A stretch of 64,000 nt of DNA from Candidatus Woesearchaeota archaeon (GTDB taxonomy: Archaea > Nanobdellota > Nanobdellia > Woesearchaeales > GW2011-AR15): the NCBI GenBank assembly GCA_038874655.1, contig JAVZBY010000002.1:201711-265710 (forward strand), written 5' to 3'. Made by a program: the position numbers and the translations under genes. The first letter of the stretch is position 1; the number at the start of each line of letters is the position of its first letter. Shown here piece by piece: positions 48,176 to 57,862 of the stretch. The notes under the pieces were generated by a model. The model had not been told where the DNA came from. It was given only the letters and a program-made list of their open reading frames with translations, and ran no database searches.

Positions 48176-48352
48176 TTTAATTTTTATTAAAATTAATCAT
48201 TTTAAATAGATTTCTATATCTAAAATCAAAAAATTTATAACCTTTAACAAAAAATTTAATAATCATTGTTATTTTATTTAATAGCAATCTTATTTATAAT
48301 TAAGAAATTTGTATTTAAAAAAGTAATGTCTAAAAAAGGTTTGGGTGGTTAG

Positions 48353-48610
48353 ATGGCTAAAACATATACATTACAACATGATAGAGTTAATTGTATTGGT
48401 TGTGGTGCATGTGCAACAATTGCTCCTAAATTTTGGGAAATGAATGATGATGGTAAATCTGATATTATTGGAGGAAAATCAAAAGAAAATGGATGGCAAG
48501 AAAGGAAAATAAATCAAGAGGACTTTGATATTAATTTAGAAGCAGCAGAAAGTTGTCCTGTTGAAGTTATTCATTTAATTGATGATGAAAGTGGTAAAAA
48601 AATCATATAA
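48353..48610 (+). CDS. Monocluster ferredoxin
   Basis: CIGCGAC...AAESCPVEVI. Confidence 0.92.
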   Translation: MAKTYTLQHDRVNCIGCGACATIAPKFWEMNDDGKSDIIGGKSKENGWQERKINQEDFDINLEAAESCPVEVIHLIDDESGKKII

Positions 48611-48668
48611 TAAAATTTCTAATAAAGGAAATTTTCATAAAAAAATTATAAAAAAAGAGGATGATAAA

Positions 48669-50414
48669 ATGATTAATAAAGTAGCTTTAAAAGCAGGTGG
48701 TCCAGCAGGAAGTGGTGTTTTTACTATTGGTGCAATGTTTGCTCGTAGTGTTCAAAAAATGGGATTATATGTTTTTTACACAGCAGAATATCCTTCTTTA
48801 ATTAAAGGTGGTCATAATTCTTGTTATGTAAGAGCAGAAGACGAAGAAGTTCATAGTCAAATAAAAACCTGTGATATTTTAGTTGCATTAGATAAGATTA
48901 CAATAGATAAACACTTTAATGAACTAACAAACAATGGGGCTATAATCTATGATTCTGAGTTAATAAAAAAAGAAGAAATAAACATAAATAGAAATGACTT
49001 AATTTTATTGCCAGTTCCTTTTTATTCATTAGGGAAAGAATTAGGAAATAAACTTTATGGTAATATTGTTGCTTTAGGTGTCATTGCTGGCTTAATAAAT
49101 ATAGATTTAGAAAAGATAAATATAGCTTTGGAAAAACAATTTGAAAAAAAGAAAGGTTCTGAAATAGCAGAGATAAATAAAAAAGCAGCTAAATTAGGTT
49201 ATGACTATTTCATGAATAATTTTAAAATTGATTTCAAAGTTAAATTACAGAAAATAAATAGAGAACCAACAATTTTGTTATCAGGAAATGAAGCTGCCTC
49301 AATTGGCGCAATAAAAGCTGGCACAAAATTTGTTGCAGAATATCCAATGACTCCCTCTTCTGGTGTTTTACATTTTATGGCTGCACAAGAGCATAATTAT
49401 AATATTGTTGTTAAACATACTGAAGATGAAATTGCAGCAATAAATATGCTTACAGGTAGTTCAATGGCAGGAGCAAGATCTTTAACTGCAACTTCAGGTG
49501 GTGGACTTTCTTTAATGGTTGAAGCTCTTGGAATGGCTGGCTTAAGTGAAACACCTTTAGTTATAATTGAAAGCCAAAGAACAGGCCCAAGTACAGGAAT
49601 GCCAACTTATACAGAACAATCAGATTTAAGATTTGTTTTACATGCATCGCAAGGAGAATTTCCAAGATTAGTTGTTGCCCCTGGTGATCAAGAAGAAGCC
49701 TTTTATGAAACCTTTAAAATGTTTAATTTAACAGACAGAGTTCAAACACCAGGCATAATTTTATTGGATAAACATGTTTCAGAATCCTCTAAAACAATAA
49801 AACCATTTGATACAGCTAATCTAAAAATAGAGAGAGGAAAATTATTAAAATATGAAGAAGCAGAAAAACAAATTGATTATAAAAGATATAAATTAACAGA
49901 AGATGGCATATCTCCAAGATCAATTCCAGGACAGCCAAATTGTTTTTATGTTTCAACAAGTTATGAGCATGATGAAACAAGTTTTAGTTGTGAAGAAAGT
50001 CATAATAGAATAATGCAAGTTGAAAAAAGAGCTAAAAAATTAAAAGCAATAAAAGATGAAGAAATAGCACCAAAAATATTTGGTGATGAAAAACCAGATT
50101 TAACAATTGTTTCCTGGGGTTCTAATAAAGGCATGATACTAGAAGCAATGAAATGGCTAAAAAATGATGGTTTTAAAGTAAATTTTATGCATATTCTTTG
50201 GATAAATCCTTTTCCAGTAAAAAAAGTTTCAGAGGTTTTATCAAAAGCAAAAAAAACTTTAATAGTTGAAGGAAATAGTGAAGCACAAATGCGTGGCTTA
50301 ATAAGAGAAAAAACTGGCTTTTTCATTGAAAACACATTATTAAAGTATGATGGAAGACCTTTTGATCCAGAAGAAATTTATCAAAAAGCAAAGGAATTAT
50401 TATTGAAAAAATAA
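48669..50414 (+). CDS. 2-oxoacid:ferredoxin oxidoreductase alpha subunit (fused gamma domain)
   Basis: GGPAGSGV, YPSLIKGGH, GNEA, YPMTP, EDEIAA, TATSGGG, QRTGPSTGMPT; start after SD GAGG. Confidence 0.93.
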   Translation: MINKVALKAGGPAGSGVFTIGAMFARSVQKMGLYVFYTAEYPSLIKGGHNSCYVRAEDEEVHSQIKTCDILVALDKITIDKHFNELTNNGAIIYDSELIKKEEININRNDLILLPVPFYSLGKELGNKLYGNIVALGVIAGLINIDLEKINIALEKQFEKKKGSEIAEINKKAAKLGYDYFMNNFKIDFKVKLQKINREPTILLSGNEAASIGAIKAGTKFVAEYPMTPSSGVLHFMAAQEHNYNIVVKHTEDEIAAINMLTGSSMAGARSLTATSGGGLSLMVEALGMAGLSETPLVIIESQRTGPSTGMPTYTEQSDLRFVLHASQGEFPRLVVAPGDQEEAFYETFKMFNLTDRVQTPGIILLDKHVSESSKTIKPFDTANLKIERGKLLKYEEAEKQIDYKRYKLTEDGISPRSIPGQPNCFYVSTSYEHDETSFSCEESHNRIMQVEKRAKKLKAIKDEEIAPKIFGDEKPDLTIVSWGSNKGMILEAMKWLKNDGFKVNFMHILWINPFPVKKVSEVLSKAKKTLIVEGNSEAQMRGLIREKTGFFIENTLLKYDGRPFDPEEIYQKAKELLLKK

Positions 50415-50431
50415 ATAAAAGAGGTGTAAAC

Positions 50432-51289
50432 ATGGTTTCTGTTAATGAATTAGGTAATAAAAATCAAATTCAATGGTGTCCAGGTTGTGGTGATTTTGGA
50501 ATTTTAATGGCCATAAAACAAGCAATTTCAAATTTGAATTTAAATCCAAAAGATGTTGTAGTTGTTTCTGGAATAGGTTGTTCTGGAAAATTACCGCATT
50601 ACATAAAAACCTATGGTTTAGAAAGCATACATGGAAGAGCAGTAGCAGCAGCAACAGGAGTTCAATTAGCAAATCCTAAACTAACAGTAATTGCAGTTGG
50701 CGGTGATGGTGATGGTTATGGTATTGGTTTAAATCATTTTCTACAAGCAGTTAGAAGAAATGTTAATATAACTTATATAGTTCATAATAATGCTGTCTAT
50801 GGATTAACAAAAGGACAAGCTGCACCAACAGCTCAAAAAGGAACAAAAACACCAAGTACGCCACATGGTTCAATAGAACCACCAATAAATCCATTAGCAT
50901 TAGCATTAGCAGCTAATGGGACATTTGTGGCAAGAGGTTTTGCAGGCGAACTAAAACATTTAACAAATTTGATTATGCAAGGAATTAAACACAATGGCTT
51001 TTCTTTTATTGATGTTTTACAACCTTGTGTTTCATATAATCCATGGCAAACTTTTGAATACTATAGAGAAAGAGTTTATGATTTGCAAAGTACAGATTAT
51101 AAAACAGATGATTTTTTAGAAGCATGTAAAAAAGTTTGGGAATGGGAACCAAAAATACCAATTGGTTTATTCTATAAAACACAAAGACCAACTTACTCTG
51201 ATGAACTACCACAAGATAAAGATATCCCTGTTGCTTTACAAGATATAGAAAATATAGATATTAAGCCATTGTTGGAGAAGTATTATTAA
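50432..51289 (+). CDS. 2-oxoacid:ferredoxin oxidoreductase beta subunit
   Basis: WCPGCGD, SGIGCS, HGRA, TPP motif GDGDG...NN, YGLTKGQ, QPCVSY. Confidence 0.94.
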   Translation: MVSVNELGNKNQIQWCPGCGDFGILMAIKQAISNLNLNPKDVVVVSGIGCSGKLPHYIKTYGLESIHGRAVAAATGVQLANPKLTVIAVGGDGDGYGIGLNHFLQAVRRNVNITYIVHNNAVYGLTKGQAAPTAQKGTKTPSTPHGSIEPPINPLALALAANGTFVARGFAGELKHLTNLIMQGIKHNGFSFIDVLQPCVSYNPWQTFEYYRERVYDLQSTDYKTDDFLEACKKVWEWEPKIPIGLFYKTQRPTYSDELPQDKDIPVALQDIENIDIKPLLEKYY

Positions 51290-51293
51290 CAGC

Positions 51294-51311
51294 TTTTTTT
51301 TTAGTTTTTTT
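51294..51311 (+). terminator. Oligo-T terminator after the oxidoreductase operon
   Basis: T9-AG-T7 starting 4 nt after the stop codon. Confidence 0.55.
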
Positions 51312-51361
51312 AAATTATTAATATAAAAAATTAAGATAGAAAAAAAGAATAGACAAAGAAA

Positions 51362-51685
51362 TCAAAAATCAAAATCCTCACTTTCTTTAATTAGTTTTTC
51401 AGCAGTAGTGGTTTTTTTAATTGAAATTGAACCTTCTTTACCGCAATAAGGACAAGATGTTACTAAAAATGATTTTTTTCTTCTAAAATTATAACCACAA
51501 CCTCCACAGATATATTCAATTGTTTCTTCTTTTTTTACTTCTTTTTGTTCTAATTTTTTTGTCATCAAATCTTCTCTTGGTTTTACACCTAAACAATAAA
51601 CACATGCAAATTTATTTGTATTAGTAAATCTAATTTCATGGGCATCATACTCTCTATTACATTTATAGCAATGATATTTTCCCAT
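51362..51685 (-). CDS. Double zinc-ribbon protein
   Basis: Four CxxC motifs: CYKC, CVYC, CGGC, CPYC; SD AGGTGA. Confidence 0.8.
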   Translation of the reverse strand: MGKYHCYKCNREYDAHEIRFTNTNKFACVYCLGVKPREDLMTKKLEQKEVKKEETIEYICGGCGYNFRRKKSFLVTSCPYCGKEGSISIKKTTTAEKLIKESEDFDF

Positions 51686-51834
51686 TTTTTCACCTTTTAT
51701 TATAGTTTTTAAAAGTTTAAATATCTAAGTTTAAATATCTAATTAGTATAAAATACTTAAAAATTAATTTTTTTATGTTTTTATAATTTTCTATGAGAGT
51801 TCCTATTAATAAAAAAATTAAGTATTTTTTTTAC

Positions 51835-51940
51835 AATGACTAAATTATTTTAATTTCTGTAAGTCATTAACTAAACTTTTAAACAAAAGTTTAATCAAAA
51901 ATAAAATTGCTATGCAATTGGTTTTGCTTCACAAAGCACA
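51835..51940. repeat. Cluster of short inverted repeats downstream of tRNA-Pro
   Basis: AATGACT/AGTCATT, TAAACTTTT-AAAC-AAAAGTTTA (51872-51893), AATTGC-TAT-GCAATT, TGCTT/AAGCA. Confidence 0.5.
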
Positions 51941-51955
51941 AATAAAAGAAAAATA

Positions 51956-52029
51956 TGGGGTCCCTGGGATTTGAACCCAGATCACAAGATCCCGAATCTT
52001 GTATTCTAGCCAAGTTAAACTAAGACCCC
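51956..52029 (-). tRNA. tRNA-Pro(CGG)
   Basis: Acceptor GGGGTCT/GGACCCC plus A; anticodon arm CAAGA-TTCGGGA-TCTTG; CTGGG-TTCAAAT-CCCAG. Confidence 0.94.
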
Positions 52030-52115
52030 TTTTATCAAACATTTTTTAAAAATAGAAATAAATATATAAAAAATATTTATAAAAAATATTTTATAATACT
52101 AGCTTTTTTAACTAT

Positions 52116-52811
52116 TTAACCTAACTCAACATAAATAAAGTAAGTAGCAAATCCAGTTAATTTATCAACAGGAACTAATAATTGGAAATCTACTTCTGTG
52201 CCATTAAAACCGATTCTGTCATTTTCCATTAAAACTGTGTAAATTGTATTTGTTTCATTAGTGTTTAGTAATACATTCCAAAAAACAGCTTGTGCATTTG
52301 TACTATTATGTGTTCTTGTTGCCCTACAATTTGATAAAAATTTTCCAGCTATATCAAAACTAGGATGATTTGTGTAAATAAAAGTATCATTTATTCCATC
52401 AGAAGTTTCATTCATGATATTTAATCTTTCTTCTTCTAAATAAATTTCTGTTTGATTTGTGCATTTAACATTACTCCAGTCATTAACAAAATTTCTTGTT
52501 GCAATTATTTCTCCAATAGCATCAACAACATTCCAATCATAAAAAATATCTCCATTAGCATTTTCTAAAACAATTCCACCAGAAACTCTACCAAAAAAAC
52601 CTTGCCATACATTTGTTATTTGTGTTAAATCAGCATTAACCCAAGTAATATTTCCGTTTTGTGCTGTTAAATTTGTTGCATTTGAAATTGGTCTTCTTGA
52701 GGATTCTCCAATAATTAAATTAGCTCCAGAAGGTTCAGCAAATATATTTTTTATAAAAAAAACCAACAATAAAAAAACAAAAAAATATTTTACTTTATTT
52801 AATATATTCAT
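52116..52811 (-). CDS. Secreted beta-rich surface glycoprotein, function unknown
   Basis: Signal peptide; WQGFFGRVSG and VDFQLLVP motifs; nine N-x-T sequons; two Cys. Confidence 0.75.
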   Translation of the reverse strand: MNILNKVKYFFVFLLLVFFIKNIFAEPSGANLIIGESSRRPISNATNLTAQNGNITWVNADLTQITNVWQGFFGRVSGGIVLENANGDIFYDWNVVDAIGEIIATRNFVNDWSNVKCTNQTEIYLEEERLNIMNETSDGINDTFIYTNHPSFDIAGKFLSNCRATRTHNSTNAQAVFWNVLLNTNETNTIYTVLMENDRIGFNGTEVDFQLLVPVDKLTGFATYFIYVELG

Positions 52812-53362
52812 AATCCCACCCTCTTTAAAAAATTGTGATAATTGCCAATTTGAAATTTATTAGCAGAAAATTTAAAATTCTGTAAAATTTGAAAAACTCT
52901 AAACTCACTTAAATCTAAATTTTTTGCAATATTTTCAATAAAAACACCATTCAAATAAGCATGTAAAACATGATAATATCTCAATTTTATAGGATTGAAA
53001 TTTGAATCATAATCTTTTGTGTAGTATCTTATAATTTGATTTACTCTTTTTTCAGAAATATTTTTACCTTGTCTTGAAAAAAACAAAAAATCTTCTTTTG
53101 CTAGTTTATTTCCTTCTATGAATAATGATAAATCCTTAGCTAATTTTCCACTGATTAAAACAAACCTATTATTTAATCTTATTTTATTGCCCAAAATATC
53201 TTTAATTTTTATATTAACTAATTCATTTGGCAAGCAACCTGTCTCATAAAGAACTCTAAAAATCAAATTATCTCTGGCATTTTTAATATTTGAAATTATT
53301 TCTCTAATCTCTTTCATAGATAAAAAAATTTCTTTGTTGTATGATTTTATGACAGGAACCAT
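52808..53362 (-). CDS. Tyrosine recombinase-like catalytic-domain protein, active site degenerate
   Basis: RDNLIFRVLYETGCLPNELVNIKIKDI (box I), SRQGKNISEKRVNQII, NPIKLRYY...GVFIENIAKNL (box II). Confidence 0.75.
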   Translation of the reverse strand: MVPVIKSYNKEIFLSMKEIREIISNIKNARDNLIFRVLYETGCLPNELVNIKIKDILGNKIRLNNRFVLISGKLAKDLSLFIEGNKLAKEDFLFFSRQGKNISEKRVNQIIRYYTKDYDSNFNPIKLRYYHVLHAYLNGVFIENIAKNLDLSEFRVFQILQNFKFSANKFQIGNYHNFLKRVGL

Positions 53363-53807
53363 TTTCTTTTTTTCTGTTTTTATTTTATTTTTTATTTATT
53401 TAATTATAGTTTTATATGCTTTTTATACAAAAGTGATATTAAATTGTTTTTTAGGCAAATAATATTCTTTTTTTATTTACCAATATATTTTTTTGTTTAT
53501 TAGTATTTAATTAGTATTTTTATGTATATTAATGGAAATTATTTCTAAATAATTATATATAAAAAGAAACTGATATATAAATGTTTTGTTTTTATCAATT
53601 AGTATATAAAAAAGTATACTATTTGTAATATTTCATTATTTTTCCTTTAAAGAATAACCTGAGAGGAATAATGAAGTATTTTATCGTTGATGAAACGGAA
53701 ATAAAAATAAAGATGAAAATCCTAATTAAATATTGACACATTAGAATATGAAAAAAATTAGAATATGAAAAAATGAAACAAATAAAAGAATACAATGAAT
53801 AATTGTA

Positions 53808-53882
53808 TAGCGGGGGAAAGATTTGAACTTCCGACCTTTGGGTTATGAGCCCAACGGGCACTCCTAGCTGCCCTACCCCGCT
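53808..53882 (-). tRNA. Initiator tRNA-Met(CAU)
   Basis: A1-U72 acceptor AGCGGGG/CCCCGCT, three consecutive G-C pairs in TTGGG-CTCATAA-CCCAA. Confidence 0.95.
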
Positions 53883-54050
53883 GCATCAATAAACTACTAA
53901 TATCTAACAAATAATATCTAATAATTAATATTCATTAAAATATTTATCGATTAATTAGTTGAAAATAGACTGAATTTATAAATATTTTTAAAAAAACATG
54001 CTATAATTTTATGAGTTAGTTATTTTTATTTATTAATAAGATTTTTTTTA

Positions 54051-54686
54051 ATGTTTTCTGATTTTGAAAAAAAATTTTTAAGTAATAGAAGTAAAAAAGG
54101 TATTTACACTGATTTAGAAAAATTCTTAAAAAATAATTATAAAAAGGGACATAGATTATTAGATGTGGGTGCAGGAACAGGGATTTATTCAAAATTAGCA
54201 AAAAAAATAGGTTATGAAGTATATGCTATTGATTATAATCCAGAAATATGTAAATTTAAAGAAATAAAAATACTTTTTTGCGATTTAAATACACAAAAAT
54301 TACCCTTTTTAGATAATTACTTTGATGTAGTTATCATGACAGAGGTCATTGAGCATTTATATAACACTGGATTCATACTTTCAGAAATAAATAGAGTTCT
54401 GAAAGAAAAAGGAATTCTATATTTAACAACACCAAATTTGGCTAATCTAAAAAATAAATTATGGTTCTTATTTTTTTCATATTTTATTACACATAAAAAA
54501 AATCCAGGATTAGGTGATCACATTAATCATATAACCCCTCTTTTTCTAAAATATTTTTTGGAAAGAACCAATTTTCAAAAAATTAGAATATCTTATTTAA
54601 ATTCGTTTTTTCCTTTTACTAAAATCAAATTACCAAATTCAGAATTTTTTTCTGATACTGTAAAACTGATAGCATATAAAAAATAG
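54051..54686 (+). CDS. Class I SAM-dependent methyltransferase
   Basis: LLDVGAGTG, FDVVIMTEVIEHL, RVLKEKGILYLTTPN. Confidence 0.9.
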   Translation: MFSDFEKKFLSNRSKKGIYTDLEKFLKNNYKKGHRLLDVGAGTGIYSKLAKKIGYEVYAIDYNPEICKFKEIKILFCDLNTQKLPFLDNYFDVVIMTEVIEHLYNTGFILSEINRVLKEKGILYLTTPNLANLKNKLWFLFFSYFITHKKNPGLGDHINHITPLFLKYFLERTNFQKIRISYLNSFFPFTKIKLPNSEFFSDTVKLIAYKK

Positions 54687-54868
54687 TAAAAATGATATTA
54701 CTAAATTTTCATTTATACAAAATAATTTAAAATTCAATTATTATTAAAAATAAGAAATTTTATAAATCTAATTCATTCTTAAAAATATAATTTATAATAA
54801 AAAATATCTTTAAAAACTAAATATTAATATTAAATTATTAATATAAAAATAAATAAAAAAAAGGTGAA

Positions 54869-56989
54869 ATGATGAATTCAAAAGAAGAAAAACAATATGA
54901 TTTAAGAAAGCAAGAAAATTCAAACAATAAATATGAAAAAACAAAAGAGTCTTTTTCTGAAGGTCAAAGTCAGCAAAATATCCCATTAACTTTAAATGAT
55001 TTAGACCTATCAAAATTAAACTTACCAAAAGAAACTAAAGAAAGATTAGAAGAAATAAAGAAAAAATTAGAGAGATTTCAAAAAGAGGTTTTAGAAAAAT
55101 TTGATAAATATATAATGGGAATAGCATTATTACCTCCTAGAAAACAAGGAGCACAAAATCCTTTAGGTAATTTGCCTTTACCTTTGCCTAATATACCAAA
55201 TTTACCGAATTTTGGATTACCAAATCAAAATTTACCAGGATTATCACCATTAATTCCAGGAATACCAAATTTTATGCCATTTACGCAATCAACTTTACAA
55301 ACACCAGCTAATTTACCAAATTTAAACAATTCACCTACTTTAAATCCAACACAAGGTCCTGTAGTACAAGAAAATAAAAATGAACTTAGAACATTAGTTT
55401 TAGTAGATGATAGTGATAGTCAAAAGATGACTAAAATAGAATTAAAAGCAAAATTATCTCAAATCATAATAGGAATTGCAAATAATATTGACAAAAACAT
55501 TTGGGTTGAAACCTTATTGTTAAGTGAATTATGGGAAAATTGTTATGATGGTAAATATGAAACATTAAGTTTAATAGCTTCTGGAACACCTGTTTATGAT
55601 ACAGGGATGTTAGCAGCAATAAAAATAGCAGAAGTCCATAAGCAAATGGTTTTAGCAAAGTTTGAAAAATATATTGTTTGTTATGTTCTAGCTGGTAGCC
55701 TAGTTCAAGGAAAAGCAACAAAAGATTCTGATATTGATGTTTTTGTAGTAATTGATGATACCGATGTTAAAAAAATGTCTAGATTTGAGTTAAAAGAAAA
55801 ATTAAGAGCAATCATTATAGGAATGGGTTTAGAAGCAGGAGAACTAACAGGAATAAGAAATAAAATTAACATTCAAGTTTATATCTTAACAGATTTCTGG
55901 GAAAACATAAAAGAAGCAAATCCAATAATCTTTACATTTTTAAGAGATGGTATTCCTTTTTATGACAGAGGAATTTTCATGCCTTGGAAACAATTGTTAA
56001 AAATGGGTAAAATAAAACCAAGTCAAGAGGCAATTGATATTTTTATGCAATCAGGCGATCAATTAATGAAAACAGTTGATTTTAAATTAAAAACAATAGG
56101 TATGGAAGATACATTTTATGCAATATTAACTCCAAGTCAAGCAGCAATTATGTTATATGGTATTGCTCCTCCAACACCAAAAGAAACACCAGAAATAATG
56201 AGAGAAATTTTCGTTAAAAAAGAAAAATTACTAGAAGAAGAATATGTGGAAATTTTAGAAAAGAACATAAAAATTAGAAAAGACTTAGAACATGGAACAA
56301 AAAAAGAATTAACAGGAAAAGAAGTTGATGAATTAGTTGAAAATGCAAAAAAATACTTAAAAAGAATTGAGAAATTATTTAAGCAAATAGAAAAAGTAAA
56401 AGAAGAAGAATCTCTTATTAATACTTATGAGACAACATTAACAATTGTAAAAGATGTCTTAAAATTAGAGGGCATAGAAAAAATAAAAGAAAAAGAAGTT
56501 TTGGAATTATTTGAAACAGCTTTAATAGATACAGGAAAAATACCTCATAAATATTTGAGAGAATTAAAAGATATCATAAAAGCAAAAGAAGATTATGATA
56601 ATGGCAAATTAACAAAAACAGATATTTCAAAAGTTAATAAATCAAGTAAGGAATTTCATAATTTCTTAATAGAATACATACATAAAAAAAGAGGCGCAGA
56701 ATTAGAAAAAGCAAAAATTAAAGTAAAATATGGTGATAAATTTGGTGAAGTTATTTTACTAGACAAAGTAGCATTTATAATACATGATATAGACTCAAAA
56801 GATAAAAAAATTAGTAAAGCAGACCTAGAAAATGGTAATTTAATAAATATAAGAGAGACTACACAAGAAGAATTAGAAAAAGCATTGGCAGAAATGAAAA
56901 TTCCAGAAAATGTATTTTTAAAAAATAATTTATTTAACAATTTAAGTGAATTATTTGGTAATGATGTTGAGATATTAGTAAAAAATTAG
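54869..56989 (+). CDS. Multidomain nucleotidyltransferase-HEPN protein (degenerate NTase, intact NTase, HEPN, helical tail)
   Basis: VLAGSLVQGKATKDSDIDVFVVIDD; HEPN-like FYAILTPSQAAIML...IRKDLEHG (RxxxxH); first repeat lacks the GS motif and carries a Pro/Asn/Leu insert. Confidence 0.8.
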   Translation: MMNSKEEKQYDLRKQENSNNKYEKTKESFSEGQSQQNIPLTLNDLDLSKLNLPKETKERLEEIKKKLERFQKEVLEKFDKYIMGIALLPPRKQGAQNPLGNLPLPLPNIPNLPNFGLPNQNLPGLSPLIPGIPNFMPFTQSTLQTPANLPNLNNSPTLNPTQGPVVQENKNELRTLVLVDDSDSQKMTKIELKAKLSQIIIGIANNIDKNIWVETLLLSELWENCYDGKYETLSLIASGTPVYDTGMLAAIKIAEVHKQMVLAKFEKYIVCYVLAGSLVQGKATKDSDIDVFVVIDDTDVKKMSRFELKEKLRAIIIGMGLEAGELTGIRNKINIQVYILTDFWENIKEANPIIFTFLRDGIPFYDRGIFMPWKQLLKMGKIKPSQEAIDIFMQSGDQLMKTVDFKLKTIGMEDTFYAILTPSQAAIMLYGIAPPTPKETPEIMREIFVKKEKLLEEEYVEILEKNIKIRKDLEHGTKKELTGKEVDELVENAKKYLKRIEKLFKQIEKVKEEESLINTYETTLTIVKDVLKLEGIEKIKEKEVLELFETALIDTGKIPHKYLRELKDIIKAKEDYDNGKLTKTDISKVNKSSKEFHNFLIEYIHKKRGAELEKAKIKVKYGDKFGEVILLDKVAFIIHDIDSKDKKISKADLENGNLINIRETTQEELEKALAEMKIPENVFLKNNLFNNLSELFGNDVEILVKN

Positions 56990-57083
56990 TAAAAACTTAA
57001 AAACAATAAATTGAAAAAGTATAAAATAGAAAATTAAATCATCTTTAAAAAATATTAAAAATATATTTCATTTTTTTATTTTT

Positions 57084-57776
57084 ATGAATTTGACAGATTT
57101 AAAAGAAAGAATATTTGGTAATAAATTCAATTTAGACAATACTTTTTTAAAATCCTTTTATGAAAATTATTTTTTCAACAATGAAATAAAAAATAGTTTT
57201 TTTCATAATATTAATGAAAAAAACAGAGATAATTCTTTACTTGAAGAGATTTTAGAAGAATTAGTAAAAGAAAAAACAATTGTTTTTAAAAATAACAACT
57301 TCTTGGAGGAAAATTTAGAAGAAAAAACATTGCAAGAAAAAATTTCAAAATTAAATAACACCGTTTTTATAATTGAAGAGGAAAAATTAGATGATAAACG
57401 AATCTTTTTATATGAATTCTTTCCAAACACATATTATGTTTATCTAAAAAGAAAAATAACTGAAGATGATAAAAAAGAACAAAATAAAAACAATAAAAAA
57501 CTAAATGAAGATATATATGGCTCTTTTGGATACTTTAGCTTATTTGTTCCAACAGGGGTTATTGTTAATAGAGTTCCTCAAAGTGTTTTAGGAAATGGTG
57601 TTTTAGGAAGGGCTTTTATTTATAGTAATTATATAGAGATATTGGATTCTTTAGTAGGAAATGAATATATTGAAGTTTTAACTCATGAAGTTTTACACAT
57701 ATTATATCCTGAAAAAAAAGAAATGGAAATAAGAATGATTACTAGGAATTATTTAGGGAATACAGTTTATAATTAG
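57084..57776 (+). CDS. Hypothetical protein with C-terminal HExxH (zincin-like) motif
   Basis: GVLGRAF...VLTHEVLHILYPEKKE. Confidence 0.65.
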   Translation: MNLTDLKERIFGNKFNLDNTFLKSFYENYFFNNEIKNSFFHNINEKNRDNSLLEEILEELVKEKTIVFKNNNFLEENLEEKTLQEKISKLNNTVFIIEEEKLDDKRIFLYEFFPNTYYVYLKRKITEDDKKEQNKNNKKLNEDIYGSFGYFSLFVPTGVIVNRVPQSVLGNGVLGRAFIYSNYIEILDSLVGNEYIEVLTHEVLHILYPEKKEMEIRMITRNYLGNTVYN

Positions 57777-57862
57777 AATTTATTTTTTGAAATATTTTAT
57801 TTTACTTATTATTACTCTTAAATAACAATATCTTTAAATATAATTTATTTTTTTTTTAACTT

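Noticed and set aside
53619-53861. 80-aa minus-strand ORF
   Set aside because: Starts within the initiator tRNA; low-complexity translation.
51956-53882. Active integrative element or provirus between tRNA-Pro and tRNA-iMet
   Set aside because: Recombinase lacks catalytic residues, no duplicated tRNA end seen, no replication or virion genes.
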